64,000 nucleotides of DNA from Candidatus Velthaea sp. Its GTDB lineage: Bacteria > Vulcanimicrobiota > Vulcanimicrobiia > Vulcanimicrobiales > Vulcanimicrobiaceae. Below the pieces are notes generated by a model that saw only the letters and a program-made list of their open reading frames with translations, had not been told where the DNA came from and ran no database searches. Position numbers and translations under genes: made by a program. Where the stretch lies: assembly GCA_965214935.1 (NCBI GenBank), contig CBDCCS010000018.1:416001-480000 (forward strand), given 5' to 3'. Position 1 is the stretch's first letter. Each line of letters opens with the position of its first letter. Shown here piece by piece: positions 20,991 through 31,701 of this stretch.

Positions 20991-23702
20991 CTAATGGCGC
21001 GTGAGCAGTGCTACCGGAACGTCGAAATCCCAGGCCAGCGGCGGGTGCTCCGCGCCGGCGTATTCGGCGACCTGCTGGATCAATTTCGCGACCAGCGCCG
21101 TCCAGCCGGTTTGATGCGACGCGCCCAGTCCGGCTCCGGTGTCGCCGTTGAAATATTCGTAAAACGCAATATAGTCGCGCCAGTGCGGATCGGTCTGAAA
21201 TAACGCTTGAGCGCCGTTGGCGGGCCGGTTGCCGGCGTTATCGCGCCGGAACAAGCCGATCAAACGCTGGGCCAAATCGATCGAAATATCCCACAGCGTC
21301 AATTCCCGACCCGAACCCGTCGGATACTCGACTTTAAAATCGTTGCCGAGGTAAAAATGGAAGCGCTGTAGCGACTCGATGAACAGATAATTGAGCGGAA
21401 ACCATACCGGACCGCGCCAATTCGAGTTGCCGCCGAAGGTCGCCGTCGTCGATTCGGCCGGCTGATAATCGACCCGAAACGTCGCGCCCGCGACGCTCAA
21501 TACAAACGGATGCTCGGCGTGGAATTTCGAGAGCGAACGCAATCCGAACGGACACAGAAACTCGTCTTCGGCGAAGAACCGGCGCAGGACACGCTTGAGC
21601 TTTTCCGGCGTGACGATCGCCATCAGCCGCCGTTCTTCAAGACCCTTCTTTTCGAGGTGCGCAACGTTCTCGCTCAACTCCGGGCGGTTACGGATGAACC
21701 ACTCGATGCGTTTCTTTAAGCGCGGCAGCTTGTCGAGTGCACCGCTCGAAATCGTTTCAACCGCGAAAAGTGGAATGAGCCCGACCATCGAGCGTACCTT
21801 GAGTGCGATGCGCTGCTTGTCGGGCAAAAACAGCTGGTCGTAATAAAAGCCGTCGTCGTCGTCCCACAGACCCTCGTCGTCGGCACGCAGCGAATTCATC
21901 GCGTCCGCGATGTATAGGAAATGCTCGAAAAACTTCGACGCGATGTCTTCGTAAACCGCATCGTGTTTGGCTAATTCCACCGCGATCACCAGCATGTTGA
22001 GCGAGTAGACGCCCATCCAGCTCGTGCCGTCGGCTTGCGCGAGATAGCCGCCTGTCGGCAGCGCCGAACTGCGATCGAATACCCCGATGTTGTCCAGACC
22101 CAAAAAGCCGCCTTGAAAGACGTTCTTGCCCGCGACGTCCTTACGATTGACCCACCAGGTAAAGTTCAACAGCAGCTTCGTAAAGACGCGCTCGAGAAAT
22201 GTGATGTCGCCCGTGCCGTAGTGCTTGGCTTCGATTTTGTACGTGCGGTACGCCGCCCAGGCTTGCACCGGCGGATTGACGTCGTCGAAGGCCCATTCAT
22301 ACGCCGGAATCTGGCCGTTGGGATGCATGTAGAATTCGCGCGTCAACGTGAGCTGCTGCGCTTTGGCGAATCCCGGATCGATGATTGCGAGCGGAATAAC
22401 GTGAAAGGCAAGGTCCCATGACGCGTACCACGGGTATTCCCAGGTGTCGGGCATCGACAGAATGTCGTCGTTGTAAAGATGAATCCACGCGGCGTTTCGG
22501 CCGTGCAGCCGCGATACCGGCGGCGTCGGCATGAGCGGATCGCCCATGAGCCAGTCACGCACGACGTAACAATAATATTGCTTGGACCATAAGAGTCCGG
22601 CGAACGCCTGCCGCTGGATTTGCCGTTCGTCGTCGGTTAAATTACCCGGGACGACCGTCTGGTAGAAGACATTGGCTTCCGCGATTCTGTCGTCGAAAAC
22701 GCCGTCGAACGAGCCGTCGATCCCGGCGCTCGCAGAGTGATCGGTCAGCCGTAAACGAATCGTTTGCGTCTCGCCCGGCTGGAGCAACAGCCGGTAGTGC
22801 AGCGACATCTTCGTACCGACGCGAGCACGATTGATCGTGTTCGATTCGCCGCCGACGATGTAGCGGTCGATGCCGTCTTTGGTAAAGCGCGTCGGACTTT
22901 GCGAGTTGAACGCTTCGCGATAATTCGTCTCGTTGTCGGTGAAGAGGCGGTCGCCCGCGGCGGCATCGTGGAAAAGCCAGCGTTTTCCCAGCGTCGCATG
23001 TTCGAGCACAACGGCGTTTGCATGATGCGGCGAGTCGGCGATCGATGGTTTGGGGACACCGGCGCGCCATGCCCAATCGTTGCGAAACCACGTCGTGGGC
23101 AAGATGCGTAAGGGCGCAGCGACGTTCGCGCGATTGGTCGCGCTGATCCGGATGAGAATGTCGTCGATGTCGCACTTGGCATACTCGACGGTAATGTCGA
23201 AATATTTGTCGTCGGCAAAGATACCGGTATCGACCAGTTCGTATTCCGGATCGTTACGCGTGCGTTCGCGGCTGACGCGCAGCAGTTCTTCATAGGGAAA
23301 GCGTCGCTGCGGGTACTTGTACGCCGCCTTCATGTACGCGTGCGACGGTAGATTGTCAAGGTAGTACCAGTACTCCTTAACATCTTCACCGTGGTTACCT
23401 TGCGGACCGGTTACGCCGTAAAAACGCTCTTTGAGAATCGGGTCGTTTTCGTTCCAAAATGCCGGCGCAAAGCATAACCGCTGATGGTTGTCGCTGATAC
23501 CGAGAATGCCGTCTTCGCCCCACCGATATGCGCGAACGCGCGCCTGTTCGAACGGAAAATAATCCCACGCCGTGCCGTATTCGCTGTAGTCTTCGCGAAC
23601 GGTACCCCACTGCCGGTCGCTTAGATACGGTCCCCAACGCCGCCAATGCGCCGTACGCCGTTCGGCGGCGATGATACGCTGACGTTCGGGATTGATATCC
23701 AT
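20991..23702 (-). CDS. MGH1-like/GH63-related glucosidase
   Basis: WGPYLSDRQWGTVREDYS, GNHGEDVKE, SMPDTWEYPWYASWD, FYEYFNGDTGAGLGASHQTGWT. Confidence 0.85.
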   Translation of the reverse strand: MDINPERQRIIAAERRTAHWRRWGPYLSDRQWGTVREDYSEYGTAWDYFPFEQARVRAYRWGEDGILGISDNHQRLCFAPAFWNENDPILKERFYGVTGPQGNHGEDVKEYWYYLDNLPSHAYMKAAYKYPQRRFPYEELLRVSRERTRNDPEYELVDTGIFADDKYFDITVEYAKCDIDDILIRISATNRANVAAPLRILPTTWFRNDWAWRAGVPKPSIADSPHHANAVVLEHATLGKRWLFHDAAAGDRLFTDNETNYREAFNSQSPTRFTKDGIDRYIVGGESNTINRARVGTKMSLHYRLLLQPGETQTIRLRLTDHSASAGIDGSFDGVFDDRIAEANVFYQTVVPGNLTDDERQIQRQAFAGLLWSKQYYCYVVRDWLMGDPLMPTPPVSRLHGRNAAWIHLYNDDILSMPDTWEYPWYASWDLAFHVIPLAIIDPGFAKAQQLTLTREFYMHPNGQIPAYEWAFDDVNPPVQAWAAYRTYKIEAKHYGTGDITFLERVFTKLLLNFTWWVNRKDVAGKNVFQGGFLGLDNIGVFDRSSALPTGGYLAQADGTSWMGVYSLNMLVIAVELAKHDAVYEDIASKFFEHFLYIADAMNSLRADDEGLWDDDDGFYYDQLFLPDKQRIALKVRSMVGLIPLFAVETISSGALDKLPRLKKRIEWFIRNRPELSENVAHLEKKGLEERRLMAIVTPEKLKRVLRRFFAEDEFLCPFGLRSLSKFHAEHPFVLSVAGATFRVDYQPAESTTATFGGNSNWRGPVWFPLNYLFIESLQRFHFYLGNDFKVEYPTGSGRELTLWDISIDLAQRLIGLFRRDNAGNRPANGAQALFQTDPHWRDYIAFYEYFNGDTGAGLGASHQTGWTALVAKLIQQVAEYAGAEHPPLAWDFDVPVALLTRH

Positions 23703-23766
23703 CGGTGCTGCAAATCCGAAATTGGCGCAAGGTTTCCTTTCAATGCAGCGCCTATGCCATGTAACG

Positions 23767-25746
23767 ATGCAGCAATGGCACTTCGGGCGTGAGGTATGCG
23801 GCGATTTCAACGTCGCTCAGGCACGCGAATGGATCGTCACGAACGGCCGCGGAAGCTATGCTTGTGGAACGGTCGCCGGCAACCTCACGCGCCGCTATCA
23901 CGGCCTGTTGATCGCCGCGCTTACTCCGCCGGTCGAGCGCCGGCTCATTGTTGCCAAAAGCGAAGTCAGCGTCATGTACGGCGGTCGCCGGTATGCACTT
24001 GCAACGAACCGGTGGGCGAGCGGCGCAGTCGAGCCGTGCGGTTATCGGCTGTGTGAATCGTTTGCACTCGAAGACGGTGTTCCGACGTGGACGTACGCTT
24101 GCGCCGACGCATCGATCGTTCAAACGATCGCTATGGTGCACGATCGCGATGTGACGGCACTTGGTCTGCACGTGAAGCGCGCGCAAGCGCCGCTGCAGTT
24201 CGAATTGCGCGTGCTCGTTGCCGATCGCGACCACCATGGCGGTACGCTGCCCGAGCCGCATACGTTTGCGGTCACGTGTGCGGAGGGCGCGGCGACCGTC
24301 GCGTTGCCGGCATGCGGCCGAACGTTACATGTGACGGCGGCCGGAGCGACGTTTCGCGAGTTGCATGAAGCGTACCGCGGCTTCGATCTCGCGCGCGAAG
24401 CTGAACGCGACCTGCAAGCCGTCGACGACTACGCGTGTGTGTTGCAGCTCGCGTTCGAGCTCGAACCCGATGCACGCGGCGGCTGCGTTTTCGCGCTCGA
24501 CGGCGCAGCGAGCGACCCGCCGCAAGCGATTGTAACGGCGGCGCGCCGGCGGCACCAAGCCGTCGTCGACGCGCAAGCATCGCCGCTCATCGGACGGCTT
24601 GCCGCGGCTGCCGATGCGTTCATCGTTCGGCGCGGCATCGACGAGGACGCCGGAAAAACCGTCATTGCCGGTTATCCGTGGTTCGCCGACTGGGGTCGCG
24701 ACACGATGATCGCGCTGCCGGGTTTGGTTTTACGCACCGGCCGTCCGGAATTAGCGCGTGAAATCTTACTGACGTTCGCCCGCAGCATCGACGGGGGGAT
24801 GTTGCCCAATCGGTTTCCCGACGACGGGTCGGTCGCGGAATATAACACGGTCGACGCGGCGCTGTGGTTCATCGAAGCGGTCCGCAGTTACATTGCCGAA
24901 ACCGGCGATTTGGAGTTTCTGCGCACCCTGCTACCCGCGCTCGACGCAATCGTCGATGGTTACGTCAACGGGACGCGGTACGGCATCCGGGTCGATGGTG
25001 ACGGACTGGTGCAAGCCGGCGTTCCCGGCGTGCAGCTGACCTGGATGGATGCGAAGGTCGGCGACTCGGTCATTACGCCGCGCATCGGTAAGCCGGTCGA
25101 AATCAGTGCGCTCTGGTATGCGGCGTTGCGCGCGATGGAAACGCTCGGGCCGGCCGCGGGTTCCAGCGCTAAACGCTACCGGACGCTCGCCGAGCGATGC
25201 GCGCGCGGGTTGCAGCGCTTTTGGAATGCGGAGCGCGGTTACTGTTTCGACGTCCTCGACGGCCCGGGCGGCGACGATCCGGCGTTGCGGCCCAATCAGC
25301 TTTTCGCGATCGCCTTGCATGCAAGTGCCTTCGATGCAACGCAGGCACGTTCGATCGTGGACGTCTGCGCGCGCGAGTTATTGACGTCGCATGGTCTGCG
25401 AACGCTGGCGCCCGGCGATCCGGCCTATTGCGGCCGGTACACCGGCAGTGTCGCTGCGCGCGACCGGGCGTACCATCAAGGGACGGTTTGGCCGTGGCTG
25501 ATCGGTCCGTTCGTGCGCGCGCACTTGCGCGTGTACGGCGATCCGGTGCGCGCACGCAGCTTCGTTGCACCGCTGGTCGACGCGCTCGGCGGCTACGGCA
25601 TAGGAACGCTGCCCGAAATCTTCGACGGCGATCCGCCGCACGCGCCGCGCGGCGCCGTCGCGCAAGCGTGGAGTATCGCCGAACTGATCACGTCGCTCGT
25701 CGAAATCGAAGCGGTCGAAGGCCGAACGCCGGCGCCCGTGGTTTAA
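23767..25746 (+). CDS. Amylo-alpha-1,6-glucosidase (archaeal-type glycogen debranching enzyme)
   Basis: EWIVTNGRGSYA, TRRYHGLL, IAGYPWFADWGRDTMI, LTWMDAK, YHQGTVWPWL, AQAWS. Confidence 0.92.
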   Translation: MQQWHFGREVCGDFNVAQAREWIVTNGRGSYACGTVAGNLTRRYHGLLIAALTPPVERRLIVAKSEVSVMYGGRRYALATNRWASGAVEPCGYRLCESFALEDGVPTWTYACADASIVQTIAMVHDRDVTALGLHVKRAQAPLQFELRVLVADRDHHGGTLPEPHTFAVTCAEGAATVALPACGRTLHVTAAGATFRELHEAYRGFDLAREAERDLQAVDDYACVLQLAFELEPDARGGCVFALDGAASDPPQAIVTAARRRHQAVVDAQASPLIGRLAAAADAFIVRRGIDEDAGKTVIAGYPWFADWGRDTMIALPGLVLRTGRPELAREILLTFARSIDGGMLPNRFPDDGSVAEYNTVDAALWFIEAVRSYIAETGDLEFLRTLLPALDAIVDGYVNGTRYGIRVDGDGLVQAGVPGVQLTWMDAKVGDSVITPRIGKPVEISALWYAALRAMETLGPAAGSSAKRYRTLAERCARGLQRFWNAERGYCFDVLDGPGGDDPALRPNQLFAIALHASAFDATQARSIVDVCARELLTSHGLRTLAPGDPAYCGRYTGSVAARDRAYHQGTVWPWLIGPFVRAHLRVYGDPVRARSFVAPLVDALGGYGIGTLPEIFDGDPPHAPRGAVAQAWSIAELITSLVEIEAVEGRTPAPVV

Positions 25747-26009
25747 GCGCGGCGGTCGAACGACGGCGCCGGCCGTCCGGCGTGCGGCGGACTCGACGGC
25801 GCGTAGCGGATATCGGCCGGAAGTTGCGCGACTTGGGCGATGATCTCGCTCTGCGGCGCACTCGGGGCATCGGATAGCGCCGGACTCAACGGGCTGCCGC
25901 CGTTTGAAGTCGGGGTCGTTGCCGCGGCCGCCGGTGACGTGCCGGACGGGCCACCATTACCATACGCCGCGCGACTTGCGGGGACGGACTGGACTGCCGA
26001 TACATCCAT
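25743..26009 (-). CDS. Hypothetical small Pro/Ser/Ala-rich protein (88 aa)
   Basis: AGGAG 9 nt before the ATG and a sigma28-like promoter upstream. Confidence 0.6.
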   Translation of the reverse strand: MDVSAVQSVPASRAAYGNGGPSGTSPAAAATTPTSNGGSPLSPALSDAPSAPQSEIIAQVAQLPADIRYAPSSPPHAGRPAPSFDRRA

Positions 26010-26042
26010 GTGACAGAACTCCTAACGGACGCACCTGCGTCA

Positions 26043-26927
26043 CTAGCTTGTATCGGTTACCTGCGCCGGCACTTTAGTGCGTTCGGCGCGCAGCGCTACG
26101 GCAATGCCGAGCGTCACGAGGAGCGCTCCGGCAATTGCCGACGGCGCGAGCCGTTCGTTAAAAATTCGCGCGGCAAGCGCGGCGGCGATCGCCGGCTCGA
26201 TAAGCGTCGATGTCGCCACCAACGTCGCGCTGAGCGTCCGTACGGCCGCATTGAGCGCAGTGTGACCTAAAAGTTGCGAGACGACGGCCATCGCCGCGAT
26301 CGCCGCCCAGGCGCGCCCGTCGCCGAGGGCCGGAATTTTATCGTGCCCGGCGACCGTCAGCGTCAACAAAACGGCGGCAGCGACCGGGTACGTGCGGCCG
26401 ACGACGGCGAGCGTGCCGTACCGTGGATCGCCCGCGCGCACGATCAGCAAGTAAACGCCGATTGCCAGTGCACCCGCGAGTGCGAGCGCTACGCCGAGCG
26501 GCGTCCGTTGGGCGCCGGGCCGTCCCACGACGAGTGCGACCCCGCCGAGCGCGAGCAGCAAGCTGACGACCACATCGCCGCGCAGCCGCTGCGTGCGAGC
26601 CACCGTAAAAGCTTCGGTCCAAACCGGAGTCGTGCAGACCAGCAGAGTCGAGATTGCGACGCTCGTGTAACGCAACGATGCGATCCAGCAGGCAAAGTGC
26701 AGCGCAAGTGCCGCGCCGGCGAAGCCGAATCGCCATTCGGCGCGTTGTCCGTACGAGCGGTATGCGCCCGTTAGCAGCGCCGCGACGCCGACCGGCAACG
26801 CCGCGATCGACATGCGCAACGCCGAAACGGCGATCGGTCCGCCGCCCTCGAGCGCAAACCTGGCAAAGATCGCAGCTGCGCCGATGGCGATTTGTGCCAA
26901 CACCAGCAGCGCAAAAGCGTTGCGCAT
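26043..26927 (-). CDS. DMT/EamA family transporter
   Basis: About ten hydrophobic segments; LALHFACWIASLRYTSVA and QLLGHTALN motifs. Confidence 0.88.
   Translation of the reverse strand: MRNAFALLVLAQIAIGAAAIFARFALEGGGPIAVSALRMSIAALPVGVAALLTGAYRSYGQRAEWRFGFAGAALALHFACWIASLRYTSVAISTLLVCTTPVWTEAFTVARTQRLRGDVVVSLLLALGGVALVVGRPGAQRTPLGVALALAGALAIGVYLLIVRAGDPRYGTLAVVGRTYPVAAAVLLTLTVAGHDKIPALGDGRAWAAIAAMAVVSQLLGHTALNAAVRTLSATLVATSTLIEPAIAAALAARIFNERLAPSAIAGALLVTLGIAVALRAERTKVPAQVTDTS
26050..26076 (-). promoter_or_regulatory. Sigma28 (FliA/WhiG)-type promoter
   Basis: TAAA-N15-ACCGATAC, against the consensus TAAA-N15-GCCGATAA. Confidence 0.6.
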
Positions 26928-26986
26928 CGGGCTTGCGGCTTCGGCGCGCCGCGCGGCTGCCCCGCGTGGCACGCGGCCGGTCATCC

Positions 26987-27015
26987 TTGACAGCGGCGTA
27001 TCACAAGCGTAGCGT
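26987..27015 (+). promoter_or_regulatory. Sigma70 promoter of thiC
   Basis: TTGACA-N17-TAGCGT just upstream of the riboswitch. Confidence 0.65.
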
Positions 27016-27025
27016 AACTTCTAAA

Positions 27026-28924
<1,899 letters not shown>

Positions 28925-28988
28925 CCGTGCGTTAAAGTCTGGCTAGGAGTCGAGGATAAACGCTTACGGCGGCCAAGGCGAGCGCGTT

Positions 28989-29918
28989 ATGCCGGTTTCG
29001 AGATTTTTGTGGCCGCTGCTTGTTGCCGGGCTGACTGCCTGCTCCGGTAACCTTGGCGGCGGTCAGAGTACGCTTCCAGGCGCTCCGCTGGGCACCAACA
29101 GCGTTCAACAAGCGCCGCTTCCGGCACCGACCGCTTCGCCTGTTTCGGCGTCGCTCGTGGCGTCGGTCGGCGATTCGCTCGACGCTCAACCGCTGCCGTC
29201 GATCATGGGCTGGGGCGGCACGATCGCATTTACCAAGCCCGTACCGTCGCCGTCGGCGAGTCCGAATGCAAAGCAGAGCGCCGTTCCGGACGCCGGGCCG
29301 ATCTCGGTCGGCGTGACTGCAGCGGTCGTCGAACCGGCCGATGCGCCGCACTTTGCCGCCGCTGCCAAAGGCAAAGGCGTGTCCAAGGGGTTGCTGTACG
29401 TCAGCCTGCTGCCAACGGCCGACCTGACGCTCGCGCAGTACCCGAAGATTGCCGTCGATGTTCCGCGCGACACGGTCGCGAAGTACCGCGATCGTCCGTT
29501 CGCGCTCGCTTTGTACGATCCGGAGACCAAGGAGAAAACCTACCGGCTTGCAGTCGCCGAGCGCGATCTGGCGAGTCCGGCGCCTAGCCCATCATCTCCG
29601 GCTACCGCCACGCCGGCTCCGGTGATCTCGATGAATCCGGGTCAAATGCAGAATCCTACGGCGCTTACGCCGCCGCCGGTCGGCTCGGCGTTAGGCGATG
29701 CCATGCTGCCGCCGGAGCGCATTGCTTTTCTGCCGACGGCGTCGACGCTCGTGCTGCGCGCGAATCGCCCGGTCGTTTTCGTCGTTTACGCCGCGCCTGC
29801 AGCTTCACCGCAACCCAGCGCCAAACCGAGTGCCGGATCGTCGCCCGCCCCGGCGCCTTCGAGTTCGCCGTCACCCGCGCCGCGTGTAAGTCCGACCGCC
29901 GTTCCGTCGCCCGCCTAG
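28989..29918 (+). CDS. Hypothetical Pro-rich lipoprotein
   Basis: Lipobox LTAC at the end of a signal peptide; PSPSAS-type low-complexity linkers. Confidence 0.7.
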   Translation: MPVSRFLWPLLVAGLTACSGNLGGGQSTLPGAPLGTNSVQQAPLPAPTASPVSASLVASVGDSLDAQPLPSIMGWGGTIAFTKPVPSPSASPNAKQSAVPDAGPISVGVTAAVVEPADAPHFAAAAKGKGVSKGLLYVSLLPTADLTLAQYPKIAVDVPRDTVAKYRDRPFALALYDPETKEKTYRLAVAERDLASPAPSPSSPATATPAPVISMNPGQMQNPTALTPPPVGSALGDAMLPPERIAFLPTASTLVLRANRPVVFVVYAAPAASPQPSAKPSAGSSPAPAPSSSPSPAPRVSPTAVPSPA

Positions 29919-30079
29919 AAGCCCGCCGTTCGTAGGCCGTCGGTCTCGCCGGCAAGCGAAGAACGCACTTGCTCGCGCTGATGTGAATGCGAACTTCACG
30001 GGTAAGCAAATTGTAAGCAAGTCGTTTTCCTACGTGTCTTGCGGGCTTTGTGGTGCGGCAACTGCCGCAGGAGCGACTG

Positions 30080-31255
30080 TTGAAAATTGCTCTCGCTACG
30101 ATGACGGCTAACGTGCTTTGCTCGCCGGGCGGAGCGCAAGGTAGCGGTCAACGTGTCCGCATCGCCGCGCTTGCCCAAGCGTTGGCGGCGGCGGGCCATG
30201 CGGTAACCGTCTATATGCGCCGCGCTGATCCCACGGTTCCCGCCCGGCTCGACGTTGGGAAATTCGCCGCAGTGCAGGTCGACGCCGGAGTAGCCGGGCC
30301 GCTTTCGGGCGGCGAGCTGACGGCCGCGGTCGCCCAATTCGAGCAGCAGCTTACGCTGGAGTTGAATGCCGCTCCGCCGCATGTCGTGCACGCCTTCGAC
30401 TGGCTCGCCGGGCGGGCAGCAATCGTTGCTTCCGGCGGCGGTGGCCGGCCGGTCGTCGTATCGGCGGCGCCGTTCCCCAGCATCGCTGCAGCCGACGACG
30501 GCAGCGCGTCCGCAATCGTCATCCGCCGAGCGGCGCGAATTATCGCCAATTCGAGCGCGCAAGTCTTTACATTACTCGGTCTCGGTGCGAGACCCGGGGC
30601 GATCAAATTCGTTCCGTCCGGCGTGGATGTCGAGCTCTTTGCGCCGGTTTTGCCGATCGTGCGTAGCGGTAAGCGGTTTCGCATTGCGACGCTCGGCGGT
30701 TTAGGTGTCGCTCACGGTGTCGCCGACGTTATCGAAGCATTGGCCGAGTTGAGCGATGTCGAGCTTGCCGTCGGCGGTGGTGACGCGCAACAAGCGGAAT
30801 CCGCCGGCGACGACGTCGCACGACTCTGGGCCCTTGCGCGGCGGCGCGGCGTCGCGGACCGGGTGACCTTTTACGGACGCATCGCGCGTAACGATGTGCC
30901 GGCGTTTCTATGCGCGTCCGACGTCGTGGTTTGCGCGCCGCATGCCGAGTCGCTGGGACTCGTCGCGCTCGAAGCGATGGCATGCGGCGTTCCGCCGGTT
31001 GTTTCCGCAGTGGGCGGCCTCGTCGATGCGGTTAGCGACGGAATGACCGGCATCCACGTTCCCCCGCAGTCGCCCCGGCAAATTGCCTATGCCGTCGACA
31101 CGCTTCGCGCCGATCCCGTGCGGCGGGCGCGTTACGGGCGAATGGGAATCGAGCGGGCGGCTTCGCGGTGTTGGCCGCGCATCGCCGCGGCAACCTTGGA
31201 CGTCTACGACGGCGTTGCGCCGAAACCGGAGCTATTCGTTCGCACTCGCTCGTAG
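30080..31255 (+). CDS. GT4 glycosyltransferase (MshA-like fold)
   Basis: AGGAG precedes a TTG start (MKIAL...); VPSGVD, ESLGLVALEAMACG, VGGLVDAV. Confidence 0.85.
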   Translation: MKIALATMTANVLCSPGGAQGSGQRVRIAALAQALAAAGHAVTVYMRRADPTVPARLDVGKFAAVQVDAGVAGPLSGGELTAAVAQFEQQLTLELNAAPPHVVHAFDWLAGRAAIVASGGGGRPVVVSAAPFPSIAAADDGSASAIVIRRAARIIANSSAQVFTLLGLGARPGAIKFVPSGVDVELFAPVLPIVRSGKRFRIATLGGLGVAHGVADVIEALAELSDVELAVGGGDAQQAESAGDDVARLWALARRRGVADRVTFYGRIARNDVPAFLCASDVVVCAPHAESLGLVALEAMACGVPPVVSAVGGLVDAVSDGMTGIHVPPQSPRQIAYAVDTLRADPVRRARYGRMGIERAASRCWPRIAAATLDVYDGVAPKPELFVRTRS

Positions 31256-31290
31256 CCGCCCTGCGGCCGACTGTACTTTCATCGCGAGCT

Positions 31291-31305
31291 GCCGATGATT
31301 GACAC
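31291..31305 (+). promoter_or_regulatory. Sigma28-like -10 element, possible leaderless start
   Basis: GCCGATGA exactly 7 nt before ATG 31306; no SD; -35 element not convincing. Confidence 0.4.
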
Positions 31306-31701
31306 ATGGCGCTACATGAAGTCGCTGATCTTACGGTGCGGTTCGATGCCCCCGATCTCATGGCGGCCTTGCAGCGCTTAGAGGCCCAAGCCGAGCAGTA
31401 CGATGCGTTAGCCTTTGGTTTGATCGTTATGGATGCCGACGGCATCGTGCTTGCTTATAACCAAGCCGAGTCGCGATTCGCCGGCATTCCGCCGGAAAAA
31501 GCGCTCGGTTACGACTTCTTCGCCGACGTCGCGCCATGTACGAACAACTACCTCGTCGCCGGCCGGTACGAAGAAGAGTCGCTGCTCGACGAACAGATCG
31601 ACTACATCTTCACCGTGAAAATGCGTCCGACGCGCGTGCGTCTACGCATGCTCAAAAATCAAAGCGCCGGCCGCCAATACCTTGCCGTTCGATGGACGTA
31701 G
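31306..31701 (+). CDS. pyp: Photoactive yellow protein (PYP) homolog, stand-alone PAS domain
   Basis: DALAFGLIVMDADG..AYNQAE..FFADVAPCT..YIFTVKMRPT aligns to PYP, keeping the Y42, E46, C69 and M100 equivalents. Confidence 0.85.
   Translation: MALHEVADLTVRFDAPDLMAALQRLEAQAEQYDALAFGLIVMDADGIVLAYNQAESRFAGIPPEKALGYDFFADVAPCTNNYLVAGRYEEESLLDEQIDYIFTVKMRPTRVRLRMLKNQSAGRQYLAVRWT

Noticed and set aside
28989..29918. Pro/Ser repeats as a DNA repeat element
   Set aside because: Low-complexity protein linkers, not nucleotide-level tandem repeats.
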